In this document: one piece after another, positions 49,386 through 63,896 of the stretch
How the letters are laid out: the number at the start of each line of letters is the position of its first letter
Position numbering within the stretch: the stretch's first letter is position 1
DNA from: Auanema rhodensis
Taxonomy: Eukaryota; Animalia; Nematoda
Direction: 5' to 3'
DNA: 64,000 nucleotides
Assembly (NCBI GenBank): GCA_964057225.1
Contig: OZ059894.1
Span: forward strand, 7,626,001 to 7,690,000
Notes under the pieces: model-generated
Told to the model about the DNA's origin: nothing
Databases searched by the model: none
The model's input: only the letters and a program-made list of their open reading frames with translations
Translations under genes and position numbers: made by a program

Positions 49386-52300
49386 TCTAGCTAGATGACT
49401 AGTTCAAGTTTTGTGCTTGCGTTACTTGTTTCTCATTTCTGGTTGAGGGAACATGGACTGAATGAGAAGCATATTGTTGATGAGAGAATATAGAAGGAGA
49501 TAAAACTGAGTTTGAAGAACAAAAAGTTATTTGGAATAGAAGATTAGAAGGTAACATATAATGAAAAGAAAAAAGGATAGATATATGTATGTCATATTAG
49601 CTATACTATAATGTGTTTAAAAATTTAATAATACTACTTTGAACGAACACGAATGTTAAAGAACAACACCATTAACAAGATAATAACAGCAAATGATTTA
49701 GATTATATCTCTGTATCATTTCGATAAACTTTCAGAGTCAGTTATTAATATCTTTTTTAAATCATTTCTGCAATAAATACAACTTAAACTTGAAGGAAAT
49801 GGGTAATGAATATTGTAAATGAATGTAGACATCGTATTTTTTGCCAAACAACATTCATTTCTTTTGAATAAAATGTCTTAATTGAATAATTATCCAAATG
49901 AGATGCTTCTTTCACACCTTCTTTAAGTTTTATTTTCTTTTTTTCTTCGAGCAAAAAAACCATGCTTTCATTTTGCCATATTTCAGTTACGTTACAAGCT
50001 CATTAATTTTGCAAACAAAAGAAAAACAAAAAAAAAACAAATTTTATTAGTTCTTGCATGTTCATGAGGAATTTTCGAAAAAATAAGAAGCATTTTCTTT
50101 AATGTACCCTGAAACTAAGAGTAGTTCACGCACTATGATGCCATTAGGTTGAACTTTTGCAGGTTTTGGTCTTAAAGATATTGAAAAGGAAAAAATAGAG
50201 AAACTATTTGAAATAAAAAAAAAATAAGAGAATATTTTATTTTATATGACATTGCTATTTTTGATATTTCAATCTAGTTTTATTGTGCAGTTTCCACTCG
50301 ATAAAGATTTTCAACGCAACAAGTTCATCTTCACTCACTCACAGAGGTCGTGAAAAAAGAACTATAAGGACATAAAAACGACAATGTTTGTTGCCATCAA
50401 GGAAAAAATATAATAAGAATGACAAATTGCATAAACTTAATGCATTAGTGAGGTTTGCAAGCCTTGTCTATCAAGCTCATATCTAAGTAAAAAAAATTTC
50501 CATTATTATGGTGCGTTTCAGACAATACTCGACTTGTCAATTTCGAAAAAAATAATTTTTTTTCCGCATCCAGATATGGAAAAAAATATTAATTAACGTT
50601 AAATAACTTTTTTTGTATTCTCTTTTTTTAGAAACAAAAAAATTAACGTGTTGTAGAGGGTGGTTGGCAGGGGGTTAAATTTTTTTGTTTGTCCTTTGGG
50701 AAACGACAAAAAAAACATTTTTCGAAATAATAAAATAATTAAGACGAAATAAAGAAATTAAAACAGCAAACATGGTGTAGCTTTTGAAAAAAACAACTAT
50801 TTATTCAAAACAATATATTTTAAACTAGCTTTAATAGTGAGATTAGGTTCATGTTTGCCAATGTAAACATATTCAATCTATTAAAATATTCTCCTTTTCA
50901 TATAAAATCCCAAAGATATGATGAGAAAAAAAGCAAATGCATACATAATATATCTGAGTAAAATGAGAAGATTTCAGTACAAAAGATGACGATAACGAAT
51001 ACGCGAAGGAGGAGAATGTGACGATGACATGGAAGACGAACGAAGAAGAAAAACTACATGTGGTAGATGCCTTTGACGGAGAATTCACACAATCGTTTAG
51101 AATGTAGAAATATAGCATTAATAGAATAAAGGGAAACAACAAGAAAAATGAGCGGGAGGAGGAGGAGGACAAAAAGATTCCAAAAACTATAAAAATTATG
51201 AATATTCCATTCTGATAAACTGATAAACTATTTTGTCTGAGGTTTTTAGACAATATGAAACCTGAATTCCGGTAGTCAATTGACTCAGTTCGAATTAATG
51301 CAGGGAAACGCTAAGCTTTTGTTTATCAATATGCACAGTTGATTCGTCTCAAAAAAATTGCATAAAACGGCTGATTGTTGCAAGCCCAGCGGATTCAATC
51401 GAAAATATAAAAAGCTCAAAAACATTGAATCTTCTTCTTTCATAGATGTATCACTACTACTATTGTTTGAAAGGCTAATAAAAGGTTAACTAGATATTGA
51501 AATGAGTTGAATCAGATAATATATAGAGATTTCAATATATTTTATACATATCTTTAACTATATCTTTCTATATCTTTCTGGAAATTACTTAGCATACACA
51601 TACATCATTATAGTAGTAAGTATTTGATAAAAAGGCAAAATAGTTCATTGGCATACACATTGTTTATATGTATATATGTTATATGTACATATCTTAATAG
51701 AGAAAGATCATGAGTTAAATTTATCCACTTCGCATGTTTAAAATAGTTAACTCTTGCCTGATATAGATGATAAATGCATATTTAAATATTCATATATACA
51801 TAGATGAGGTTGTAATTTTAGTCTGTTGATGAGAGTTTGCGTTCAATACTCACGGCCTAACTGATTGAATTCCAAAAATTGAGTTTATTTTCTTAGTAAA
51901 AATTGAGCAAAGTACGAAGAAAAAAGAGAAACAAGGTGAGTTTTAAAGTCATATAACCAGGCTCTTTCAGATATTCTTAACTAATCTACAAAGAGATGTG
52001 TTTTTCTATTTCTCATTATCTGAAAAACTTCTCAAAAATTCGTTGTCTTGAAGAGAGCTTGACAATTTCTCTTATGATTTGTTCAAAAATTTTTCACTTT
52101 TTTTGCTCTCAAACTAGTAACAATACCATTTTTTTTTCACTGAATTCTTTAAATCACGTCATAGTTCATTTAAAACCTATGAGTTTTACACTGAAAAATA
52201 AGCTAAAAGGCTATTGAAGACAAAGAATAATATATTTATGTCTAATATGCATAGTATAGACAATACAAAGTATAGGTAATACAATGCTACTCAAGAATTA

Positions 52301-55300
52301 ATTGTTTTTCAAATCATTTCAAACTGATTATTCCTAATGATCTTGTCTTTTATATTTGAATTTTTGCTTATTTTTCAAATTTTTTAGATGAATTTAATTC
52401 ATTTCTTTTTTTTTATTTCATGATCCTTTTCTTGAGCTATTACGGGAAGTAGAAAATACACATCGGATGATGCTTTGACAATGAACCGAAAAAAGCAACT
52501 AAAGGCAAAAAGAAAATGGAAAGGAGAGAAGGTATCCCTGAGAACGCATAACTAAAGAATATGGAACATATAGAGAGAGAGAGGGAGAGAGAGAAAGAGC
52601 ACAAATAAAAAAGAGTAACAGGGAATGAGATACATGTTTTTTTCATCTAATGAAGCTTTGAAAGAAAAACGAAAGAAACGGATAATGCGAGAAAAGCGAA
52701 AAGTAGAAGACAGAGGGAGGAGCTTATAATGAAAACAACCAAAATACTTAACAGGTAAAGCTCATGGTTTATACATTCCCAAATATCATATTGATATTCA
52801 CAAGTAATTTTCTTTTTTCTATCTTGTTTTCAAGGTACCATAGGCCAAAATGAGTAGAAATATTTGATCGGAAACTTTTGTTCTCATTTCACCATTCAAA
52901 TTAGTTTCAAAAATACTTTTTGTTGTATGTAAAATGGAGTGAATAACGGAAAAAAGTAAAGAATTGCGTAGAAAATATCGAATAATGTTTATTGTTTCTA
53001 GATTTGGCAGACTAGAAGAGCATTAAAAAAATGTCAACAAAAAAAATGGTGAGAATAAGAGGAAATGGCGTTCTAATTATGGCAAGCCATACGATGATAT
53101 GAAAGGACGACAGCCATCACTGCGAGACAATGTAGTCAAAACTGAAGCGAAAAAGAAGACGACGACGTCACTTCTACAATCTCCAAAACGTCATTTCAAC
53201 AATCTCCGAATGAAGCTAAGCTCAAAGGCATGCATTATCCTTCCGGTGCTATCAACTACTGCCTGCCAGTTTCTACCGAGAAAAATGTTTTGAAACGACA
53301 GGACGAAGTACATCGTACCAGTATTATAACTAAAATATGCAAACTAAGGGGAAAATATTTGTCTGAAAAGCGGTAAGAGTTAATAGTATGTATGTATATG
53401 TATATATTTATATGTATGTGTATATGTATCATATACATGCTACTCATATACTAGAAATGGAATACGAGGGAAAAAAAAGAAGAGAAGAAGAAAAGAAGAG
53501 GAATAGTTGAGGATAAATATCACTGTTTCGCATCAGATGTAATGAATCGTTATAAGAATGAACATGTTGTCTCCAGAATCGTTCTCTCTGCACAGAAAAA
53601 CAAGAAAAACGAAAAAAGGTGAAATGACCTTTTACAAGAAACATCCACTTATAGAAGAAGTCAACTTCAATTCTCATTTTTTCTAATGATCACTGTTGCC
53701 CAAATAACGGGTTTTCCGTTGCGTTATTTTTGAAAATAAAAGTATCAACAGCTTCATAACACGGGGGGAGTTTGAGAAGATTTGTGAAATACATTCCAAC
53801 AAAGTTCATAAACTTTTTCATACAATGCAATCCTACTGTGAGAGAAAGAGTGTGGGTGGATTGTAGAGAGAGAGAGAGACGATATTCAGGAGCGTGAACA
53901 TGGAACGAATAAGAGATGCGTGAATGTTATCATAGATATATAAAAGAGAGGGAGAAAGATAAAAAAAGAAAAAGATAATAGAGTATTGCGATTGAAAGTG
54001 GTTGTTAATAGCTCAAAGAGTAGAAAAACGATTGAAGTATATTAATACATTTCGATGAGCAGTATATTATATTAATATATGAAGCTAACGTTACTTTCTT
54101 TTGTTAATACTCGTAAAGAGTAAATGAGGAAAAAGGCTCTTGTCAGGGGTTTTGTTGAGATACGAGCAACTTGAAAAGGTGTGAGAAGTTAGTAAAAATG
54201 CAGCAATGAACTACTTAAATCGTTTAAAGGAGCATATTAATTTTTAGAGAAAGTGGTTTCGAATATTTTAGAGGATAAGCTTGAGTTGAGAAAGTTGAGA
54301 GAAATGAATATCAAATTCGAAACGTTAGAAGAGTATCCCAAGTGTAATTATTGTGAAAATGACAATTGTGATCGGAATTTTAAATATTTTGATAAAAAAA
54401 GGGAGAAAATGGAGCTCTAAGAAAACTAAAAAAAGTTGATCGTGCCCTTTTCGTAGCAACTAAAAAAATGTATTTAGTTGTACTTGAACCACGCCATTTG
54501 TAGCTTCTTTTAAAAAAAAAGATTTAGATAAGCGATAGTATTTCTGCAATATATATAGAATGAATAGATTGAAAAAACTTCTTTATTCCTATACGAGAAT
54601 ATCTTTAGTAAAAGGAAAATATGTAAATAAGATTTAATAGCAAAAAAACTTTGGGCTAACGATAATATCAAAACTTCTCGGAAGAAATCGAGTGTTAGTA
54701 GGCATTATTGAATACATAGCGAGGAGCTCTAATAAAAAATTCATGAAGATATGGGTTAAGTTTTTCAGAAGCGGATATGCCTAAAGAGCACAAGGAATAA
54801 AAAGTAAGAAAAAAAGTGAACTACTAGCAGGAGACAATGAGAGAAAAGGGAAATAGAGGGAGAGAAAAATGAGAGAGAAGGGGGGGGGAGGTGGCGGAGG
54901 TGAATATGGTGATCTGAGATAGAAGGACTGGAGAAAGACGTCGACGGAATTAAAATAGTCAATTGCACCTGTTAAAGGTTCAATAGAGGGGCACATAAAG
55001 AATGAGGAAGATTTTAAGTTTTCTGATGAAAAGGAAAAGGTGAAAAGAGGAAGCGGAAGTGTAGAGTCAGAGAATCAACAAGGACGGCTGCGAACCAATT
55101 TGTATAAAGACTGATGAGAAATGAATTATTGAATTTGAAACTTCCAACTAGAGAATGATACAAATGAAGATGTTTCTTTAATCTTTTCTCTATTATAATA
55201 ATGTACATATATCTTCAATTTCTTTTCTTTCACACAAGTAAAAAGAAGAAAAATGAGGTCTGGATGGGAGGGTGAGAAGGGGGGTGTGGAAGAGTGTGGG

Positions 55301-58300
55301 TGTGCTAGTGGATGAAAATGGAAGAAAGGCAATGCGTTTTCAATTAGCTACTTATTCGTCTTAGTTTTCTCGTCTTTCTTTTTTTCCATATTTTTCCATC
55401 TGAACATCTAAATATTCGAGCATGTGGAGGAGAACCAAGACAGGAAATGGAATGATTTGTCTCTAACCACGTATTTTCATTACACAGGAAATATTGCTTT
55501 TATCTTTGAAAACATAAATTGAGATATTTACGGCTAGATAAGTGAATATATGAATCACAATTGTTCGATATCTGTTGAAAAATTTGTATTTTAATTGCAT
55601 CAAATCATGAAATTTTGATATTTCTGTGGTTAATTATAGCTGGAAGTTTGCATAGAAATGAATACATCAAATTTCATATCTGTAATTTATTCAAAAAAAG
55701 CTTTTAAATTATTTTTTTCAGTAAATTGAAACGTAATTTTTTTGTTTTAATTCTAATAACAAGGAAAATAGGCACAAGCTATTGCTGTGCTATAGGATAG
55801 TAATAGAAACGATAGGGAGCCTACTTTTATTTTGACGTAAAAAGGGAAGAAGCGAAGAGAAAATAAAAAGAGAATATGAAAGAGGGAGATAGAGATATAT
55901 ATTGAGAGAGATAGAGAGAGAGAGAAATAGAGAGAGAGAGAAAGAGAGGGAGAGAGAGAATGAGCAATAATACGGAAAGGTAGAGCGTTGGTACATTGAA
56001 ATATCTAATAAACAGTCCTGACAAGTTTACAATGTTAACTATGCGTACAATATATTATTGTAATTTCAATTAAATGTGACAGATTTAGAACAGGCATACA
56101 TTATAATTATGAAAATGCTATACGTATAAAATATTGAAAATAACTAAAATTGTATTGAAAATTGAAGAAAATATTATAATTGCTGATATTATTATTAGTG
56201 GGGAGAGAGGAGTGATGTATGAAAACTCATCACTGGCAAGCTTTTATTTGGTTGTGCCTAGATTTTCAAAAGGTATGGAATATATACTTGATCTAACTAC
56301 GAAATTGAAAAATTATTAACAAAACAGCTGGAAAAAAACAGCCGGGCTTCAATTGCATCTGTTGCTCAAATTCTACTAAATCTATTACATATTCATTCAA
56401 TTTATATTGACAAAATTACTAAAAACAATGTTGAAATAGAATTTTAAATGCAATAATCAGACTAATTTGAGTGTTCATAGGGTGGGTCCAATTTCCTGTA
56501 AGTTTTTGTAGAATAATTATGAGCAGAAGCTATTCTATTATATTTTTTTTTCTTTCTTTTTTTTTAATTAATTTATTTTATAACAAATTAATTAAAATAA
56601 ATAGTTTAATATACAGTCTTTTAAAGAATAATGTTGATTGAATAGAATAGAGAGATTAGAAAACAACAAGAAAGAACTTGTCCACGTCAGTTTCACGTGA
56701 ACAAAGTGCGGATGTATTACAATGCTATTTCTCTTTTTAAAGAAAAAGACAGCGGTTGCATATTTGTTGAATTTCGAAAAAAATTATTTTACATATAATA
56801 TAAGTTAAGATATGCGAAGCAATTATGAAACTGCGGTTATTTCTCGAGAAACAGTGTTCAATGGTTTATGCGAGAAAAAAATGAATAATAAAGCTTTTTT
56901 TTGAAATTTTAATGAAATTAGTTCAGTTTCATTGAAATTCGATCAATAGATTCAAAATCTAATTAAGCTTCTTGCTATTTTCGAAAAGTGAAAAATCAAG
57001 AAGAAAATCAGCTCTTGAATGTTTTACTGAAGTAGACTTTGCAAAAAAAAATATATATATACTATGTATGTATATGAAATAAAGAAAGATGCATTAGATA
57101 TTTGATTAATTTACTTGTGAACGGAGAGACAAAATATATAGAATGCCATCGGTTTAGCTTTGTTTACATGAATTCTGAAATAAATACTAAGAACTAAATA
57201 CAAATTAACGAATGAAACTAAAAATGAATAATTACAAAGCTTGCAGGCACTAATTAATAATTTCATTATCTTTTAACAAAAAAATAGGGAAGGCGTGAAG
57301 AAGTTTTTGCTTTTATATTTCTGCTTCTGTCATCACTCGAAGAAGTTGTTGCAACTTGAGGCTTCCCAATGTTTTAAGTGGCACAGTTGCAAGCATAACA
57401 ATTACTCCGACAAGGAGATACAAGCTTTGAAATGATGGTAGCAAGTATTTGCTCAGAGCATATACATAGATATAGATATCCATTTAGTTTGTGTGTAGTT
57501 TTAATTGCACACACCTAAAGTCATCTCATCTATTTTTACCAATTTTTCTCTCTTCTTCAGGTTACCATCGTCTTCCATGACAATGTTTAAACAAATGCTC
57601 GTATGTATACAATATAGACAGTGTTTCATTCTCGTTGTGCTCCGTATGTGTATGCTGGTCAATGAAAGTTTACAGCCGAAATTTTTTTTTCGAACAATAA
57701 ATGACGAAAAAAATTATTCGACATTCAGTCAAACAAATACATTAAAAGTGAGGCAATTCCTTTTGGATTTAATTTGATAAATTACAAATATCTATGAACA
57801 TCGTATGGTCTTAGCAACAACTCTATATTATGTTGTCTTTTATGAATAAAATACACATACTTTTAGAGGAAAAAGAATATTTTAATCTTCAAAATTTGCT
57901 AGAAAATGAAAAAATAATAATAATAGAATTCACAAATGATAGGATATGATGTCCATCTAAAAGAAAATTATAGAATCAACTGTTTTGTCTACCGAAAGTT
58001 GGGCGATTGTTATGAAAAAGGTAAGAAAACATGATAGAGAATTAGATCAAAGAGCTATTTTTTCATCAAAACTAGTTGAAGGAGAGGAAAGAGAAAAGCC
58101 TTTCAGTTATAAATGTGTAAATATATGTACATGCTATATGATATAATCAATTCATTTGAAAAATAATCTCAGGTTTTATTAAAGAAGTCTAGTATTTACA
58201 CTAGTACAGTTCACCTTCAGTGTATATATGCATGTCAAATGGTTATTATCGGAGCGATTGGGAACTATTTGAAATGAAATAGCCGGAAGTTTCAACCAGA

Positions 58301-61300
58301 TGTTGAATGTTTTACTATTTGAATTAGAAAATTATTTTGTTAAATAGCTCTGAGAAAGACAAAAAAAACCAAAAACTTCAAGAGATGATATAGCTCATAG
58401 TCAGCTGCTTCTTTTCAAAGGTTTATCCACAATACTTTGGCCAAGAATCTTAAGAAAAAATGCGATTGTGACGTCAAAAAGGAGAAAAACGAATGTAGCA
58501 ACAGCCGTCCAGCCTGATTCAACTTGACGTGATAACAGGAATCTATGTATATTCTTTTTGTCGTGCACTCCCTCATTTCGTATCTCTTCTAACTCTCAAT
58601 GAGTTGTCACTTGTACGCTCTGTCTCACTAGATAATCCATAAGGAAGTTATGGCATAGAAACAAATTGTATGAAAACAAATGAAAAAATATTACATTTAA
58701 TCCTATATAAGAGGCGAACTAGACCAGTTATATACAAAATATATAAGGAAGATTTCTCCAACGTTATATTCGAAAATATAGTAAAAACTGAAAATGTTTG
58801 ATGTTTTGCCCAAATGAGTCCAGTGACTTCCAACATATATAAAGCTTTTCGATAAATTAAGATAAAAAAAACAAAATTAAACCAAATGAACAATATCATA
58901 TACACATAGTAATACGCATGTATCAAGATATAGATAAACAGATAAACGAAGCGAAACAAATCAGACTCATTAGTAAAACACCAACAATGGGTATATAGCA
59001 TGATAGAAGGTAGAAAAACATTGTTTTCTATCAAATTAAAAATATAAAAAATTAGAAGCCATTGCTGGTAACAAACTCATTAAAATAAAAGTTGCTATTC
59101 ACCAGCTCTCAAGGACTAGCCTGTTGTTGATGATGTTTCGAATACCCCAGCTTCCATCACATTCAAATAAATAGATGGGTAATACAGAGTGGTAAAAAAT
59201 AACATAAATAACTAAGTAATATATGTATACATGATTAAGCATAAACTTTAAAAAAAAGTTAAAAGAAATGAATTAAAAAAAAAGAAAAAAGTTTCAGCAT
59301 AATAGAACGTTCATAAATTTAAAAGGCTCTCATGCAAGTTACTGTATATTCTTCCAATAAATGAAAAATAAATTTAAATTATTGATCATAGAATACAGAA
59401 GTGGGAAATGAAAAATTGTCGTTGAGATAATAGTGTTTTGAATGTTTTGAACTCAAGAAATTCGTCTCATTTCGTTTGTTTGTTTTGCTTTGAAACACAA
59501 GATATTGAACTGATATGATTGATATCAGTTATGCGCCAGGATAGCCATGAGATTGATCGCTTTAGCCAGTAAAAACTTAAAGTTATATAGAGCAAAGTGC
59601 TAAAAATGGAAATTATTCTGACATTTTTGATATATAAAGCAGTTTTATAATGCTTAAAACATGTATACATATATTATTATATCTCAAGTTGACGACAAAC
59701 TTTTAAATGACTGCGGGACAAAAATCATATTCTTGGTACTTTACAAACAGTTCAAGCCTGCACAATAATTACCTGAGAATAAATTTTGTATGAAAGGAAT
59801 GCTTTCTGAAAATTTCTTTGCAATAATAAGTAGAATAGAAAGATACAAATGGAATTTTCGATGAATATGGCAAAATAGAAATAGCTTTGTGTTTAAAACT
59901 AATTGAGATACACCCATTCTTGACGAATTATTCTATCAGGATCAAAAAATAAATTTATTTTTTTGAATTTTTGTCTGAAGCATAGAGCGAACGAAACATT
60001 CTAACATGCTTACTTTGTATAGCTTTGCGACCATTAAGACGTTCAAAAGTAGGAATATTTAAAAATTGAATGAATATATGCATAATACAATTTCTTTACA
60101 TTTTTTTGTTCATTTTTTCAGCTTAAAAATAAAGAAAAAAAATTTGAAATACAAGAGAGAAAAACAGAAAAACATAACATAGAGTTAGGTGACGACGATA
60201 GAAAGCACAACAGTCAAGAGAATTAGAAACGAAAAAAGAAAATAGAGGGAGGCAAAGACTTGAAAAGTATCGAAAAGAACTAGAATAATGATATATCATA
60301 CATATTTGAGAGATTCATATAGAATAAAAGGTATCAAGAATAAGTTATAATTGGCACATAGTTAAACTAGAAGAAAAACAACATAAAAAACTTATGAAAA
60401 TTGTTTGAAAAATATGGAAGACAATAGAATAATCTTTAAAATTCTCAAAAAAAACTTTTTTTTTTCTTTACAACTGCTGATGAACGAGAAGAAAATATAG
60501 ATTAAGTTCAGTGCAACACTATGAAGAACTTGATTATGCTGCTGCACTTTGAACATCAGTCTTATAAACGTATTTAACTGTTCGTTTATACCTGTTGTCA
60601 TCTCTCTCAGTCTTTTACTCTCATTTTTTCTCTCTATTCCTCACATTTTTCCTCTCTATTTTTTTCACATTTGATTTGCAGTCTTTTCTCTCGTTGTCGG
60701 CACTATTCTCTTCGATTGTGTCATCAGGCCGTTTTTTAGTATTCATCATAATGGTTTATCCTACGATCCCTAATATTCAATAAGATTTTGAATATTGTTT
60801 TTCAAAAGAAAAAAGTAAAAGCTTAAAGACTTATAAATGCTTCTAAATGCTTCAAAAAAACAGAAAAAGGAAGAAAGAAAATATGAGAGTGTGAGAAAAC
60901 AGCATTCTTTTTCAGTTCTTGAAATGAGTATTAGAGGTCATCAAGCGTAAACATACAGTTATTAACAATACCTAATCACAAAACTTATATATATATATAC
61001 ATATATATAGATATATATATATATATATATATTAGTATATATATAGGTGTGTATAGGTGTTTCTTGAAAGTAAATTATGTCAGAATCTGAATCAGATTCA
61101 GTTATATGATTAAAATGATTAAAATCGCTTGAATTATATAACAACCAAGCTTGAATGAGGGTTAGTTCCGGCTTAGACTCCCCTCCCCCCTCACCACCAC
61201 CACAGAACAATCACATGAGCCGACTATTTGGAAAAGATTAGGGATAAAAGCAAATGAGTCATCATCTAAAGATAACTTGTAGCCTTCTTTTCTGTCAAAA

Positions 61301-63856
61301 AATAAAACAAAAGAAACATTAACTGAAAAAGCATATGTTATTGACGAAGATGGTTAGTTGGATCAATAAAATCAGCAATCATTGACAATTGGTGTGCAAG
61401 TGATTGATGAGATACGTGAAAGACTCAGAGGAACATCAAATAAATTTCAAACTTAACAAGAGAAAAATCTAATCTTAGAATAAAACTAAATTAGTAGGTT
61501 TGTTTTTCGTTCTGCTTACATGATTATCTGGAAATGTTAGTAACTTTGATATGATAATCAGTAATGAAAGACAACTAAAAAGAACCATTCCCAGATTGAG
61601 TATATGCTATATATATATTCATAATATTCATAATATTATATATAATTTGATGAAAATAAAGAAAAATTATATAGAAATATAGCAGATTGATGTTACACCT
61701 AAATAATACATTCCGTACTTTACTCTTGAAAATGCATACTATTTTACTGAAATTGATTGAAAAGCTTGATTAAGCTTGAAACAAACAAGACTTATGAGCA
61801 GTCAAAACAGATATTTTAAGAAGATAAGGTATATTTTTTATACAAAGAACATAGTTTAAACAGTAGCAGCTTGTATATTCAAGATTTTTTCATTAGAACT
61901 CAAGCTCATAATATTATATTATTTATTGATAAGCGGGGTTTTCCTTCCATTCAGTTTCATTGGTCTCACAACATAGTTTGTGTTTGCGATTGTCTTGACG
62001 TCAATAAATATATTAAGATATCGAAATGATTAATATGGGATTTGTTTGCAAAATTTTCTGAAAATATACACAGAAAAAGAATCCAGACAAGGTAAATTAC
62101 TGGTTTTTAGTTAAAGTTTTGATTGTCTGGTGCAATGTATTCTCACACTTTACGCCTGACTGCTGATATTGCCTCTAATGGAATAATGTATACAAGAAGC
62201 TATGAAAGGAAATACTTACACATATAAGATCGAGAAGATGAGATCTTATGAGACTTGATGAGTATCAAGCCATACATGCGATACGATCTATCAGCTTACT
62301 AACAGAGCAGTATACGGATATAAGCATGAATCAACGCCACAACTACAGATACAGTGGCAATATTCGTCATTACTGGCAAATATTCAACCAAACAATCTTA
62401 AAAACTTTATTGTCTAATAAATTGTTATTAGTCATACTAATAATAATAATTATATATTTTTATTATATATTTAATATCTAAATATGTGATAAAACATAGT
62501 ATACATATGTACATACATATATGTATATTCTCCACATAAAAAAAACAAAATAAATAATAATAATAATAATAATATATTACACAATGAACCCACTGATCAT
62601 AACGACATGAATTCGAAAAAATGAAGCATTGAACAGACTACCGACCAAGTTTTCTTTAATATATTAGAGCAAACTCAGACAATATTATTTTTATTTAGAC
62701 GGAAAATTAAAACTTATATGAATATATTATAAAATATATGTATATCAATATCAATATCTATTTTTATATTTATTTATATTTATGTATATTTAGTGAGTGG
62801 ATATATATATATAAATATATGTGTGAATGTATATAGAACTAAAGATATATATATATATATATATATTTTTTTTTTTTTAATAGATAAAATTATAACTGCA
62901 AAACTGATGCAAAAACTAATGTCGCTGCTAGCAAAACAGCTCAAGTTGAAAAATCTAATAAAAATTCAAAGACAATTGATGCAAATATACTTCAAAATAA
63001 AAAAAATTATTGCTTCATGATACAACAAACCCAGCCTTTGCTGAATTCCCCCTGATTTTTTTCTTGATATGATTAAGTTGTGAATAGTAAAGCGTAATGG
63101 ATTTTAGCTAGATTAATAATTCTATTCATGATTTAGAAATACATACCTTCACATGGAACTAAATAATAAACAAAAACATACCATCATGATCTTGTGAATA
63201 ATTAGAAAAAATGGAAATAATATATTTTTTCTATCATTTTTATCTTTACTGTAGCTTAAAGCCGCTTTTCTATTTACATTTTTGTTTCCAAAAATACTCA
63301 TTAACGAAGACATCTAGCAAGAGAATATGAATACTAAACCATAAAGAATTATACAAAAATGTTGAGAAAATAACAAAAGTGAATATTCAAACTATTATTA
63401 ATTCTAAGCAGAAAAAAACAATAAATTTGTTTATATGAAAATAGAGTTTACAATATTTGGCTAATTTCAAAGAGATATTTATCCAAATTAGAAAAAATAA
63501 GAAATGAAATAACTAGTTCATCTTTACAATATAGACAAAACAAAACTTTTTTTTCTCAATAATTTTTGCTCATAAATATTAAATATAATATTATTTATTT
63601 TCTACCCTTTTGTTTCAAAATTGATACAAATTCATACAGCAGAACATGATGTATTTTTTCCCGAAAAATGCAAGAACAACATGTTTTTTAATGTTTTTAA
63701 GCAACAAAAATATATATTTAACAACGTTTATAAGATTTATTAAATATATTGCATATAAATAACTATTTCAATAATTAAATATGAAATGAATTTGTTTAAA
63801 AAGTTAAGAAGATCAGAATTAAGAAAATTCTAGGAAAAGCCAATAGGTTAATATTA

Positions 63857-63859
<3 letters not shown>

Positions 63860-63893
<34 letters not shown>
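63860..63893. repeat. (TA)n microsatellite
   Basis: TATA run. Confidence 0.9.

Positions 63894-63896
<3 letters not shown>

Noticed and set aside
3342-56024. Many F/L/S-rich minus-strand ORFs resembling membrane proteins (e.g. 7604, 12318, 15412, 27568, 46765, 55790)
   Set aside because: Translations of CT-rich intronic or intergenic tracts that lack stop codons; no splice or domain support.
62220-62277. MYGLILIKSHKISSSRSYM segment with a phase-1 GTAAGT donor as first coding exon of saeg-1
   Set aside because: Joining it to exon 38983-39074 creates T+GA, a stop codon.
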